From contig OZ024740.1 of the NCBI GenBank assembly GCA_964016885.1, positions 363,506,001-363,570,000 on the forward strand: a stretch of DNA of 64,000 bases, read 5' to 3'. The DNA comes from Eledone cirrhosa (Eukaryota). Position numbers and translations under genes: made by a program. This document shows, one piece after another, positions 1 to 15,032 of the stretch. The notes beneath the pieces were generated by a model. The model did not search any database and had not been told where the DNA came from. It saw only the letters and a list, made by a program, of their open reading frames with translations. Every line of letters begins with the position of its first letter. Position 1 is the first letter of the stretch.

Positions 1-970
1 GTCTACCTACTCCATAGCTTCCATCAATTTTGATCGCCCTGTACTTTTTTATACAGCTGTCGTCTTTCATGCATCTCACGACCATACCACGTAATACGAC
101 CATACCAATGTAATCTCCTCTCTAGTATACCGCATCTGATCCCTCTATTCCTAATTTCTCACTTAGTTCATTTATGTTTTGCCATTTGTGTATATTGCAG
201 GCTTCATTCCTTTCCAATCTACACAGGTCCTCTGTATGCAATACCTAGGTCTCACTGCCATGTAACATTGCTGTTCATATACAAGCATCATACAATCTGT
301 CTTTCATTTTTAGAGAGAAACATTTTGTGACCAACAGTGGTATTAGCTCTCTGAACTTTTTCCATCCCATTCTAACTCTGGCTACTGTACTTTCAGAGTA
401 CCCTCAATCACTGCTGATTTTGTCACCCAGGTAACGGAAAGTGTCAACTATTTCTATAGAACCATCTTGGCAGTTGAAGGGGCTAGTATCCAGTGGGCAC
501 TTGCTACTTACTGAACCTGAGTATCTGCCACATATAAAATCTACATTCTTAGATTGCTCTACTGTGATCCCACTAGAACTTTAGTCTTAGACAGTTTATC
601 TTTAAGGCCTTTCGATTCTAGACCATGCCTCCATGTTTGGAATTTCTTCTCTAGTTCAACCATAGATTCAGCTCTGAGAGTTAGATCATATGCATATAGA
701 AGTTCCCATGGGCAGCCGGTCTTAAACTCTTCTGTTATAACTCATAGTGCAATAATAAACAGGAGGAGTCTAAGGACTGAGCCTTGATGATCACCTACTT
801 TTACGCTAAATTCTTCACTATATTCATTGTTAATTCTAACCTTGCTGACTGTTTCTCTATACATGGCTTGTATAGCTCTCACAAGCCATTCATCTACTCC
901 TAGTTTTCTAAAAGCCCACCAGATAATGGAGCTGGGGACTCTGTCAAAGGCTTTCTCCAAGTCAACAAAA
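1..970 (-). mobile_element. RTE LINE RT fragment
   Basis: EKAFDRVP...HQGSVL; collinear with the 47751-51600 element. Confidence 0.85.
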
Positions 971-1485
971 GATTAGTAGAGGAGTTTACTTTTAGCTATA
1001 CATATATATATGTGTATGTGTGTGTGTGAGTGTGTGTGTGTGTGTGTGTGTGTCTGGAACTAGTTGTCGAAACGGCAAGTGCTCTTTATAATATATGTAT
1101 GTATAACAAAATACACCCCGTCCCACCACCCCCACCCCCACCCGATCCACACCACCCCGTTCTATGTAAAGTTATGTTGGTGCCGCGCCATCGAGGCCGA
1201 AACAAATGAGATCGTGTAGGTGTCACGACAAAAAAACACACAGTCCACGCTGTAATGTGGCCGTGTAGGCAACACGGTAAAAACCTCCCAGACCCACACT
1301 GTAAATGTGGTTGGTGTTAGGAAGGGCATCCAACTGTAGAAAACCTGCCAGACAGTCCTATGCGAGCAAGACAATCACTCTTGCCTCAAGTGGGACTACC
1401 CCCGTCCAAACCCATGCAAGCGTGGAACACGGACGTTAAACGTTGATGATGATGATGATGATGATATATATATATATACATATAC

Positions 1486-1680
1486 TAATAATTGTTTCTA
1501 CTTTAGGCACAAGGCCAGCAATTACCCAGTACATTACTGGTACTTTATTTTATCGACCCCGTAAGGATGAAAGGCAAAGTTAACCTAGGCGGGATTTGAA
1601 CTCAGACTGTAAAGGGACGTAACTATGCTAGAAAGCATGGTGTCTGACGCTCTACCGATTCTGCCAATCTATCACCCTAA
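1486..1680 (-). mobile_element. tRNA-derived SINE with Meta/MESC-like core; other copies at ~1810-1983(+), 13190-13375, 21515-21645, 31172-31500 (two), 38537-38735, 39322-39482, 52455-52640, 61172-61350
   Basis: A/B-box-like head (GAGTTCAAATCCC), core GCCTTTCATCCTT..GGGGTCGATAAAATAAAGTACCAG, (ATT)n tail. Confidence 0.75.
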
Positions 1681-2192
1681 TAATAATAAAAGGTTTTGAT
1701 TCCAGAGTTGGGCCAAATCGATACAGATCGAGCCTTGAGCTGATCAATCACAAAACACACATCACACATCAATAAACGTAATGAAGATTTAACACTTCAT
1801 CCTTTTTATTGGTAGTATGTCAGACAGCATGCTTTGCAGCATAGAGTTATGGCCTTTTAAGTTCTGAGTTCAAATCCCGTCGAGGTTAACTTTGCCTTTC
1901 ATCCTTATTGGGTCGATAAAATAAAGCACCAGTAATGCACTGGGGTAATTGCTGGCCTTGTGCCAAAAGTAGAAACAATTATTAAAATTACAATCTGCTT
2001 AGTACAACACCAATATACCTACTGGAAACTATGCATCAAGTGCTCACTTTGGTGAACCTACAGTAACTTGATGTTACAATACCTAAACTATATATGATAG
2101 TAGAACACTGGTGGGTTATATCTATAGTAGTAGAGTATTCAGTCCATGGGACGAGTTTGGTAGAAGTAGTTCCACAACAGTTAGTTCACCAT

Positions 2193-2235
2193 ACCGAGAA
2201 CAATTGTTTCACCTTATTAGGATCATCAGCTCGGT
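2193..2235 (-). ncRNA. Minimal type-I hammerhead ribozyme motif (Penelope-like pLTR remnant)
   Basis: ACCGAG-CTGATGA-T-CCT-aata-AGG-T-GAAAC-AATT-GTT^-CTCGGT: 6-bp stem I, intact core, palindromic stem III. Confidence 0.85.
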
Positions 2236-2315
2236 CTAAATGAAGTTGTACGGAAAAGGAAAAACAACTGTATGAATACACATATGCAGAAACAGTTTAT
2301 ATATGACTGTTCCTC

Positions 2316-3062
2316 TATACATGGCTTGATTAGCTCTCACAAGCCATTCATCTACTCCTAGTTTTCTAAGAGCCCACCAGATAATGAAGCGGGGGACCCT
2401 GTCAAAGGCTTTCTCCAAGTCAACAATGGAGAAAGCCTTTGACAGAGTCCCCTGCTCCATTATCTGGTGGGTTCTTAGAAAACTAGAAGTAGATGAATGG
2501 CTTGTGAGAGCTATACAAGCCATGTATATATACAGTTGTGAGAGAGACTTAGCATAATAGGAATCAAATGCTGTATGTAGGAGAGGAGATTATGTTGGTA
2601 TGGAGATGTGATGCATATGAAGGATAACAGATGCATAAAAGGTGCAGAGCACTAAAAGTCAATGGAAGCCTTGGAATGGGGAGACCCAAGAAGACCTGGG
2701 ATGAGGTGATAAAAGCTGACCTTGCCTAATTGCACCTCTCACACAGTACCATCCAAAGCTGAATCATATAGACAGTATGCCTCACCCCTTCCCATTGTTA
2801 AGTAGGTGTCATGACAAAAAAAGCACCCAGTCTACACTGTAAAGTGGTCGTCTAGGCACCACGGTAAAAAAAGCACCCAGTGCTCACTGTAAGTGAGGGT
2901 GATGTTAGGAAGGGTGGCATCCAGTTGTAGAAATCAAGCCCAAATCAGTTCTGTATGAGCAAAACATGGTCACCCGACCTGGCATTGCCCACAACAGGAC
3001 AACCCGCCTAACCCATGCTAGCATGGAAGAATGGACGTAAAATGGTGATGAAGATGATGATA
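2316..3062 (+). mobile_element. RTE fold-back RT fragment plus RTE 3' end
   Basis: ~100-bp inverted duplication 2316-2527, then 3' UTR and (GAT)n tail. Confidence 0.75.
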
Positions 3063-3614
3063 TATATATATATTGTTAGCAGAGAAATAGGGCGTTAAAA
3101 CAATGACGATGATGATGATTAACAAATCTTGAAGCAGCACTGTCTTTCATTTCTAAAATACCAGGAATTTTTAGCAATCTATTTTTTCAGCCTGTGGCAT
3201 TTGAGACATCTGGAGAAGCTGGACTCCTGAGAATGAGGTTTTTGTCATTGTTGGTGGCTTGCCTTACCTAATTAGGGTACTTGGCTATATAAGTGCTTTA
3301 GCCTCTCTCTCATCTAGCCTTACTGAAGTATTTGTTGATGAATATGGTGAGGATGTTTGGTTATACTAACACCATAGCCTCATTATCACCCAAGTCAATA
3401 TCATCAGTATCTTGGCTTGCCTAATAAAATATTAGAGGGAAACTCCAGCATCTTGTTTTGTGACATGTAATTCAGTGTACATGTTTTCTCCATCTTTTTT
3501 CTGCTTTTTGTTTTCCTTCTTTTTCCTCTCTGATTACTTTCTTTTGATTTGTTTCTACTGAAAATCACTTTTTCAATAAATCATTCTAAATATTACAAGA
3601 CACTTTATTTATAG

Positions 3615-3705
3615 ATTATATTTGAAGGAGTGATTGGAAAAGGTAGATATGGAGATATCGCCATTGACGATATTGAAATTAAGCCAAGAGAATGTGAAAT
3701 TGGAG
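3615..3705 (+). CDS. MAM-repeat protein exon 1 in window (C-terminal part of a MAM domain; gene starts upstream)
   Basis: AG|IIFEGVIGKGRYGDIAIDDIEIKPRECEIG|GT; GDIAIDD MAM motif; phase 0 to 1. Confidence 0.92.
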
Positions 3706-4214
3706 GTAATATTTTATTTTATTATTTCTCTTAATTTTTTAGAAACAGGATTCACATGAAATCACATTAGCAAGACTTTCTTGAAAAGTACAAAACAGCA
3801 TTATGGCTGCATTACTTTAGAAATTAAAGTCTTAACAGTAAATTTTCACAACTTGTCCACTGGTAAAGATACTTTAAACATTTGAATCAACAATCCACAT
3901 GAAACCACATTAGCAAGGCATTCTTGAAAAATATTTAACACCACTTTGGCTGCATCATATTAAATAGTAAAATATTTACTTTAATACCATAAATTTTCAC
4001 AGCAGTATGTCCATTAGTAATAATACTATAAACATTTGAATCAATAAACTGTTTTAGATATTTTCTGATAAATTACATGATGTTAACAGTTAAATACTTC
4101 AGGTTTTTTTTGGCTTTGTGTGCTCTGAGTTGAAATCCAAGGTTAATTTTGCCTTTGCCTTTCATGCTTTTGGGGCTGATAAATGAAATACTAGTCTATG
4201 GGCTGTGTATTGAC

Positions 4215-6290
4215 ACAAATGGATGTGTCCTTTCCAGCATATCTTTCCTCTACTTGTAATATTCCTTCACTATTTTTTCTGTGAGGTTCAATGTTTCGAG
4301 ATCAGCTCTAACCACATATGTCTGGGTTTTTCTTGGTCTTCCTTTACTGCAGTTTCCTTCCACTGGCACCTCCTGGCACTTCACCCAGTATTTATCATTT
4401 ACATACATTGCATGTTCATACTAGTGCAGTCTTCTCTCTTGCACACATCTTATTCTTCTTATATACAGTTTTTCTCTCTCAGTTCATCCACACACCATTG
4501 TTTATGCACTCTAACATCACACTTCATTCTCCTCCACCTTCCACATATCCTCTGCATTTACTGTTGATATCTCACAGCCATGCAAAATCCCACATCCCAC
4601 ACAGGCATACGATCTACCCTTCAATAGGAGACAATATTCCTTTGTTGTTTACAGAGGTAGTAGCTCCTTAAATCTTTTCCAGGTACTGTGCTTTCAGAGC
4701 ATCCTCCTCCACTGCTAATTAGGTCACCTAAGTAACAAAACAACTACTTCTATGGCCCCTTCCTGCGATTGGAAAAGGTTTATTTTACAGCTGCTCTTAC
4801 TACCCACTATTCCTATGCATCTGCCACATACAAAATATATATTTTCTGTTAGCCAGCCTTCTATTCCATTACACCTCTTATGTTCCCATACCTTATATTG
4901 AGTATATCTTATAGAGTCCCTATCTATTCCTTTCTCATATGTTAAACAAGATCACTTCCTGAATGTAATTAGAGTTTTGTCCTCTTTCTTACTTACTAAA
5001 ACTTTGGGTCTTTGCTAAGCTTATTCTGACCACTTTTAATTCTAAGTTCTGTTTCCACAACAGGAATTTCTTATCAAGATATTCCATAAATTCAGCTATA
5101 AGAACCAGATTATCAGCATACAGAAGTTCCTATAGACAGCTAGTCTTAAACTCTTTAGTTATGACCTGGAAAACTATGATAAACAAGAGAGAGCTGATGA
5201 CTGAGCCTTGAACTTGTAGCAAGCTACTTTCTTTGGTACATTTGTAAACTATTCGTGCGTGATTTGGCTAAGTCAGACCAATCGTGAGCCGAGCATGAAT
5301 ATATTTTATCAACTTCCACCCAAACTGAGATTTTCCTGCTTTCTTTCTATATACTTTCTCTTGTTGCTTCAATTATGGAAAGGTAAACACCATTTTTCCT
5401 TTGCCGTTCAACCACTAGCCAATATGTAACGACAACAACATAACTACGGCCTGGCCAGCACCTCAGCCAGTTGACGTACCTTCTAAACTCTTAATTTGTT
5501 TATTCCTTTGTTTGGCATGCCAGCTCAACCTTTGTAATCGGTTTGTAAATAAATTATGTAAAAATCATCGTAAAGTGATGCTATTACCACAGCCATAGCC
5601 TTTAAATGTGATATGGAAAGATCCCTTCCAGAGTTATTATCACTGCAGCAACAGAACCTGGGTCTTACAGCCGAACCTCAATTCAACTAACATTGCCATA
5701 TAATTAAACCGTTACATTTATTGATATAACAAAACCATACTTTCTGTTACAAACTACATATCAATATTATTATTCTTGTTGATATTCCTATGATTAATAT
5801 TTTCTGCTAAACTGGTAACAATTAATTAAACTGCTATATTGGTGATCCCTGTTGATACAAATATTATTATCATTATTAATATTCTGCTATAAACTCATTA
5901 CCTCCTCTCACTTTGCTAACTGCACGTCTGTACATGGCTTGCTCTGCCTTCATGAGCCACTCATCCACACTCAGTTTCCATTAGGACCATCAGATAATAG
6001 ATGAAGTTCAATGCCTACTACACCAGATGATTTCAGTATCTCAATGACTGTTACTGATAGTCACCAGCTTTTATATTTTTCATCTTTCTGATTACTTCTT
6101 TGACTCTAAAACTCTCTATTTCAATATTCAGCCTCTCTATTGAGTCTATTAGGATAGTCCTTCTTCCTTCCACTTTCATAATAGCATTTCTAGGATTATT
6201 TCCTGCAAGAATCAATGAAGCGAAGAGTTCTGGAGTCACTTTGAACATACTTTTCCCTAACAACAAATCTTTGCAATGTGGAACACCTCA
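4215..6290 (-). mobile_element. Degenerate RTE LINE interrupted by a ~700-bp LTR-like insertion (~5215-5920)
   Basis: RT motifs (ELLYADN, QGSV, AMYR) on both sides of an unrelated insert starting TGTAGCAAG. Confidence 0.6.
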
Positions 6291-6702
6291 TACTATTGAT
6301 CTTCTCAGTGCAGCACACATGCTTTCTGCATTTATTTTGTGAAAGCAGATGGTCTAGAGGTGAGGGTGTTGGACTCATGATCATAGAGTTCTGGGTTGAA
6401 TTCTTGGACCAGTAGCATGTTGTCATCTTGAGCAAGATAGTTCCTTTCACATTGCTTTTCATGATAAGACTGATGTCCCTATCACTAAAACACCACTAAA
6501 ACACCAGAGAAACCAACTATGAGATGCAATTCAACAACAGACTAACTAAACCTACATAGGTTTAAGCAGAAAATTTATTTTTCATTTCATTTTTTGCCAT
6601 ACTATGATATGTATTTACAATGCTATGTAATTTAACTGTGATTGAATATCAATTTTGAAATGAATTAAAAGTTAAATCTTAATGTTTTTTTATTTATTTT
6701 AG

Positions 6703-6840
6703 GGGATTGTGACTTTGACCATGGTCGTTGTTCATGGTTGAATATGGCAAGTAATATATATGATTGGCTGCTAGGATCAGGGTCTAGAATTTCTTCAAAT
6801 ACAGGACCTGTCAGTGATCATACACTTCAAAATGAAAAGG
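6703..6840 (+). CDS. MAM-repeat protein exon 2 (MAM-A N-part)
   Basis: ttttag|GDCDFDHGRCSWLN...DWLLGSG...TGPVSDHTLQNEK|gtaggt; phase 1-1. Confidence 0.93.
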
Positions 6841-8177
6841 GTAGGTGAACTTTCTTTAAGATGATGGGAATAAAACCAGTGATGAATGTTGTGAAGAGGC
6901 AGAGAATGAATTGGTTGGGTTATGTGTTGAGTAAGGATGCAAGTGATTGAGTAATGGGAATAGAGCCAGTGATGAATGTTGTGAAATGAAATGGAATGAG
7001 ATGGTTAGGTCTTGTGTTGAGGAAGGATGAAAGTAAATGAGGGCTAGTGACAAATGTTGTAAACAGAGATAGAATGAGACCATTCGGTCGTGTTGTAGAA
7101 AGATGAATGTGACTAGATGAGGAGAATGAAGGAAAATCAAAATGGTTTTGCAGAAGTAGGTCCACATAAGAGATAACTATAGAAAGAGTCATAAGTACAA
7201 GTTACCCAGCTAAAACAATTATAGATGTAGAGGACTTAGCCCTCATCACAACCACACCTCCCCATGTGGAATCTCTTAGACTAATCAGCTAGAGATATAG
7301 AACTATATGTTAATTCAGGTATAACTCAGTATGTGTTATAATTAAGAAGGCATAATCACCTCCATGGATGGAACATTACTGTATATACTCAAATACAAAC
7401 TAAGGAATATGTGACCCAAAAAAATCGATGATAAAATGGAGGTGGGGCATTGGCTTATACTTGGAATGTGATGTCAACATTTTCATTTCCAAAGCATAGT
7501 TTGTCCTGAACAGTTTGATTTCCATATTGAAGTCATCACTACCTGATAAAATGAAGAGAGACTTCTTCCTAGCAGGTGTAGCCTAAGTTTTTCTATATAG
7601 GCGCTCCACCTGGACATTGACTAATGGACTTTAAAAGAGGTGAGATGCTAATTACATGCAAATACTTTGACCCATTTGAATATATTCTGGTGACAGCACC
7701 CTACCAAACAACAACTTTATGGACACCTTGTCCCTGTCTCCAAAGTCATCTGAGAAAGAAGGATGCATTTTGCTGGACACTGCTGGAGAAGCAAGGAAGA
7801 CATTTTTCAATGATGTTGTGACATTTCTGTTAGGGATTGGCCAACCATGTAAGAATTACCTCAACTAGCTTTGTCATGATACAATGTACACCAAATATCT
7901 TCCAAGAGTAATGGATGATTGAGCTAGCTGGAGGGAGCAAATCAGGAGTATCCATGCAACCATCAGGACTAATTGATGATGATGACTAAAATTAGTAATT
8001 ATTTCATTACTCGGATAGTAATTTAACATATAGTTCTTACATAAAATAACTCCACATGTTTGAAAGGGCTTGCAAAGGCCATAACTACTACCTGTACTCC
8101 CCTTCCTAATTATTTTTAAAAAGAGACTATAAGTTGTACAGCAACTAATAAGGCCAATATTTGTTCATTGTTGGACA

Positions 8178-8403
8178 TTAACTCTTTTGTTAGGATATTT
8201 CTAATGAAACAAACTATATGTTTTAAATATTTTTTAATAATAATCAACATTTTGGAAGGATTTAGTCATAAAACTAACGTCTTCATTATGAACAAAGATT
8301 CTTACATAAATTATAATGGAAGGGTTTTAGATAAATATAAATACTTTAAAATAAGCTGTTTTATATCATAGAATCAGAGGTGGTTTGGTATCAAAATAGT
8401 TAA
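8178..8403. mobile_element. Second TTAA-type MITE family (copies ~14052, 20093, 20618, 23538, 25733, 25927, 54137)
   Basis: TTAACYCTTT..ATATTTCTAATGAAA...GGTATCAAAAGGGTTAA consensus recurs across the window. Confidence 0.6.
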
Positions 8404-8465
8404 ATAGAATAGGAGTTAAGATTGCATTTTTCAACCAGTAATAACATTTCTTTCTTCCATTACAG

Positions 8466-8725
8466 GATTTTATCTCTTCATTGATGCAACCTTCTTGAAA
8501 AAGGAAGAGAAAACACATTTTATAAGTAGAATATTTCCTGCTCTTTATTCTGAGAAGCGGTGCTTTACCTTTTGGTATAGCATGAATGGTGATGGAATTG
8601 GTATCCTGAAAATATTGACTAAATTTGATACTGGTACAAATGTAACTATTTGGGAACTCAGTCGAAATCAAGGTAGTGAATGGCTTTATGGGCAGGCACC
8701 AATACAAGCTTATACACCATATCAG
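8466..8725 (+). CDS. MAM-repeat protein exon 3 (MAM-A middle)
   Basis: tacag|GFYLFIDAT...CFTFWYSMNG...WELSRNQGSEWLYGQAPI..YQ|gtatt; 260 nt, phase 1-0. Confidence 0.93.
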
Positions 8726-9464
8726 GTATTGGAAAATTTATAATATTTATTTCATCATTTAGCATCCACTCTGCACACTGGTGTGGATCAGATTGATTGT
8801 CATGATTCAAGATCAGACAGGTTGGAGCGATCTCATCTTACTTATATGCTCCATATTTGGCATGGTTACATCACCAGTCAACTTGGTCTTCTTCTTTGCC
8901 CACTTATTCATGACAGGGTCATTGGTGCAGAGTCCTCAAACATTCCCTCCAGCAGATCCTGACAGAAGCAACCATCTCCAACTGATCTGCCTGGATCCCC
9001 AAGCGAGACTCCAAGCTCATGGACGTTATCCAGCCATCTTGCTCAGGGTTTGCCCCAGGGTCTCCTACTGGGTGGTTTTGCCCATAAAATTTACCTAGCG
9101 ATTCTTTCCTGAGACATTTGAAACAAGTGCCCATAGTGTTGGAGCTGTGATCTCTCAATTCAGAGAAGTAGCGGCTTTACCTGCAATTAAACTCTGATCT
9201 CTGAGCTACACACTTTATCAAGTAACATTACTCCAAAGACCCTTCAGAGAAATCCCATTTCGGCCGCTTGTATTCGCAATCATATTCTTTCGGTCATTAC
9301 CCAAGATTCATGACCATAGGTAGGAGTTGGCATGTAAACCAAATCAAAGATAGTGTGTTTCGCTTTACACCTACCTCCCTTCTTATGATTACCAAATGCT
9401 GAAACTGGTGCAATACTGTACCAGCTCCTGCAATTCTTGCATTTAATTCAGCTTCCTGCCTTCC

Positions 9465-9648
<184 letters not shown>

Positions 9649-9875
9649 CCAAGTATATTCTCGAAACACGCATCACCAACCAATAAATGTAATGAAGGAG
9701 TAACCAATCGTATAGCTCTACACCTCGACACTGAAGGGAACCTAAACATTGAGTGCTCACCCGGGTGAACCTACAGTAACTCCAAGTTACACTCCCTGGA
9801 TATATATATATATATGTAGAGAGAGAGAGAGATAGATAAATATACACGGGTGTGTATGATTGTGTATAGAAGATT

Positions 9876-10254
9876 ATATTAATAAAAAGAATTCCAACTT
9901 TGTCTGATTTACTCGTTTTATTTACAATCCTGTAAAATTTATAATGGTATTATAATGAAATAGTATGGTAGAATATTAAATGTTAAGTGTTAATTGAACA
10001 AGTACTTTCATGCTTTCGCAATCTTCAGTCAAGTTTGCAATTTTCAACAGTTGAAAATTGCAAGTTGAAAATTGCAAACTTGACTGCCACCACACATTAT
10101 GAACCTGAAGATTGCAAAAGCATGAAAGTACTTGTTCAATTAACACTTAACATTTAATATTCTATCATACTATTTCATTATAATACCATTATAAATTTTA
10201 AAGGATTGTAAATAAAACGAGTAAATCAGACAAAGTTGGAATTCTTTTTATTAA

Positions 10255-10258
<4 letters not shown>
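9876..10258. mobile_element. Palindromic non-autonomous Penelope-like element (inverted pLTR ends)
   Basis: ~150-bp near-perfect inverted arms, nested internal hairpin, hammerhead in arm, adjoining (TA)n. Confidence 0.7.
10100..10138 (+). ncRNA. Minimal type-I hammerhead motif in the arm of a palindromic element
   Basis: TGAAC-CTGAAGA-T-TGC-aaaa-GCA-T-GAAAG-TA-CTT^-GTTCA; antisense copy at 9995-10028 has a GAAA tetraloop but lacks the 5' strand of stem I. Confidence 0.75.
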
Positions 10259-10336
<78 letters not shown>

Positions 10337-10341
10337 TATAT

Positions 10342-10702
10342 AATATAAGAATAAAGGAACAAGGATTCAGTGTTGCAACATAACATATTACATATGTTTC
10401 ACTATCGATCAGCTCAAGGAAAGACCTATTATAGATCGAACCTGACTCTGTAGTCGAAACATCGCCAGATATGTGATCTCGTCTCCGATTCTTTGAATTA
10501 CAGAGTTAAGTTCGATCAATAATAGGTCATTCCTCAAGCTGATCGATAGTGAAACATATGTAATATGTTATTAAATATGTTATGATGCAACACAGAATCC
10601 TTGTTCCTTTATTCTTATAGTATTATACTCTGCTCTGTGTGAGCATCGAGTGCTCAACCTGCATACCCCCTACGGACGCATTTTTTCTTGCAACCATACA
10701 AC
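10342..10702 (+). mobile_element. Palindromic Penelope-like remnant with GAGTGCTC tail, inside (TA)n
   Basis: Inverted arms ~10344-10452 and ~10498-10619; GAAACATATGTA half-hammerhead; unique 3' tail. Confidence 0.6.
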
Positions 10703-10716
10703 TATATATATATGTG

Positions 10717-10785
<69 letters not shown>

Positions 10786-10829
10786 AAAGGTAAACAGAAA
10801 TAACAACACAATCGGTACAGTATATTTGG

Positions 10830-12562
<1,733 letters not shown>

Positions 12563-12717
12563 TATATATATATATATCATCATCATCATCATCATCATCT
12601 TTTAACATCCATCTTCCACGCTTGCATTGGTTTGGACGGGAATTTTCGCACTTGAAAATCTTGAACCGTTAAGATCTTCTTCCTGGATATGTCAATATTT
12701 ATAAAACCAACTTTGTA

Positions 12718-12774
12718 TTTTATCTGATGAGTGCCTACCAAAGTTTTGGTACCCTTGAAATATATATAATAGAA
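12718..12774 (+). ncRNA. Type-I hammerhead motif
   Basis: TTTTAT-CTGATGA-[TACCAAA/TTTGGTA hairpin]-GAAA-TATATAT-A^-ATAGAA; enclosed by a 15-bp inverted repeat ATATTTATAAAACCA/TGGTTTTATAAATAT. Confidence 0.7.
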
Positions 12775-13083
12775 TAAATATGGTTTTATAAATATAGTTT
12801 CCATTTATTTAATATCATTGATATATATATATATATTTGTGACGGCACATGGCTGAGTGTTTAGAGAATTGCATTCGCAATCATGAGGTTGTGATTTTGA
12901 TTCCCAGACCAGGTGATGCATTATGTCCTTGACCAAGACACTTTATTTCATGTTGCTCCTTCTGCCTGGAGTTGCAACCAACATGTAATATTAGCAACTG
13001 GAAAAACCAATGGAAACATTGTTTCCTTGGTCTGATTTGACAAGCTCCACCCCATGAGGTCTGGGATCTTATCAATCAAATAT

Positions 13084-13125
<42 letters not shown>

Positions 13126-13446
13126 TCACTGCTTAACATCCATTTTGCCATACTAGCATGTGTTAGATGGGTTAATAAAAATAATAATTCTTTCTAAAAT
13201 TGTCACAATATCAACAATCTTTTGTGGGTAAAAAGTTGATTCTATCAACTTCCAGTACTCTACTGGTACTTTATTTTATCAATCTTGAAAGGACGAAAGG
13301 CAAAGTTTACCCCAGAGTGTAAAGTGCTGGAAGAAATACTGTCCTACAATCTAATGATTCTGCCAATTCACCACCCTCATCCTTTGTACTAATAAAAGTT
13401 CTCCTTTTCTTGTTAGTGAAATCAAGTTTTTATTTTATTTCATCAG

Positions 13447-13531
13447 ATAATTATAGAAGTAACACGAGGAAGATCGTTCGACGGAGATATTGCCATTGAT
13501 GATATTTTATTCAAAGATTCTGATTGCTCTG
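13447..13531 (+). CDS. MAM-repeat protein exon 4 (MAM-A C-part)
   Basis: catcag|IIIEVTRGRSFDGDIAIDDILFKDSDCS|gtaagt; phase 0-1. Confidence 0.93.
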
Positions 13532-14322
13532 GTAAGTTATATTAGCCTTTTTTAGGTTTGGTGTAGGTCAGCATTTTAGAAACTCTTTTAAATGTGACCT
13601 CCAGCATGTGATGCATCTTACATTGTGACCCATTTTTTCTTAATGTCACGACCAATTATATTTATTTTACAACCCACTAATGTGTTAGAACCCACAGTTT
13701 GAAAAACTCCGATCAAGGTCTACCATAACCTCAGATTATAGAATTGGATGTCATGCAGAGATATCCCTTTGAAAGAGGCATAAATTGATGGGAAGTTAAC
13801 CACAATGTCTTCATCTGTCTCCGTATCTCACACACACTCTCCCCTCTTTCTCTCTCAGATAATGGAAAGTTAACTATAAACACTCTTTCTCTCTCTCTTA
13901 CTGTTTCTCTTTCTCTCTGTTTGTCTCTCGCCTTTACCACAAACTTTCTCACTCTCAGTAGCGAAAATGAATTTATTTCTGGAAATATTTATATTTGTAT
14001 CACTTTGAAGCAATCATTCTTCCATGAAGAATGATTGCTTAGTTGAAGTGATTAACCCTTTCATTCTATATTTCTAATGAAAGACTTTATTGATGATTTT
14101 GAAAATAATGAAGAATTTCAAGAGATCTAGTAATATAACTAACTTTCTCATTATTAAGTTGGTGTTTGGAACATAACTTAAAGAAGGTTCCCACATAAAA
14201 TTATGATGGAAGGATTTTAGATAAATACAAACACTTTAAAACAAACAACCCTACATCACAGAACCAAGGGTGGTTTCAGGTGGTTAGATATTAAAGGATT
14301 TTTAACAGGTATTGGTTATTAT

Positions 14323-14885
14323 TGTGGTCGCCACTTTAGCAGGGTGGTAGAATCAGTGGTCGTTACTTTAACAGGGTAGATGATTGAAGGTCGTTAGTTG
14401 CCAGTGTGGTAAGTGATAGTATCCTCGTTGGATTATCTTGTTGACATAGACGTGAGGGAAGGTCCCTCGATCTATTTACCATCTATTTACAATATTCCTT
14501 TCGTCAGGTCGCCAATTCCAGCAGCATGGATTATAGATGTTATTGAGACACGAGTAACATAATAACGATTTCAACGGCAGCAATTAGAGATGAAATGTCT
14601 GTTTATTTATATGTGGTGCAGTTACAGATAAAAAGAGGTTACAAAAGGGAATGTGCCATTGCGCCGTTAAGCCGGCGAGGCTAGGGGTGCAATTCTCACC
14701 GTTACATTATGCGTGTTGCTGGCTTGAAGTTTCCGGTACAAGAGAGAGATTCTTCAAATCTTCGCGGGGAATTTCTTCCTCAGGGCGCGTAGGGATACAT
14801 CCTCTTCTACTGGCGCTGATTGGCTGAACTGAGCCAAATCACGCACAGAGAATGTATGTGAGCCCGCGGAATGTAGGTCACTACA
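14323..14885. mobile_element. Putative solo LTR
   Basis: TG..CA ends with imperfect terminal IR (TGTGGTCGCC / GGTCACTACA), CpG-rich, minus-strand AATAAA; no clear TSD. Confidence 0.3.
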
Positions 14886-14960
14886 GATTAAATGTACATT
14901 CTTCAATGCAAAGTTCACAAGATCTGTTCATATTTTGTTTTCTGTTTTTTAATTTGTTAG

Positions 14961-15032
14961 TGTCACCACATTTTGCAACTCCTAACGATTCCAATAGCGT
15001 CATTCCAACAGGAGAACCACCTACCAATACAG
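14961..15032 (+). CDS. MAM-repeat protein exon 5 (Pro/Thr/Ser linker)
   Basis: ttgttag|VSPHFATPNDSNSVIPTGEPPTNT|gtaagt; 72 nt, phase 1-1, polypyrimidine tract upstream. Confidence 0.8.

Noticed and set aside
6860-7200. Similarity to 15078-15420, both just after exons, suggesting intragenic duplication
   Set aside because: Both read as degenerate LINE 3' coding fragments (GIEPVMNVVK..WLG.VLRKD), so dispersed repeats
10525-10565. Complete hammerhead in the second palindrome
   Set aside because: Only the GAAAC-ATAT-GTA half is present; no CUGANGA core
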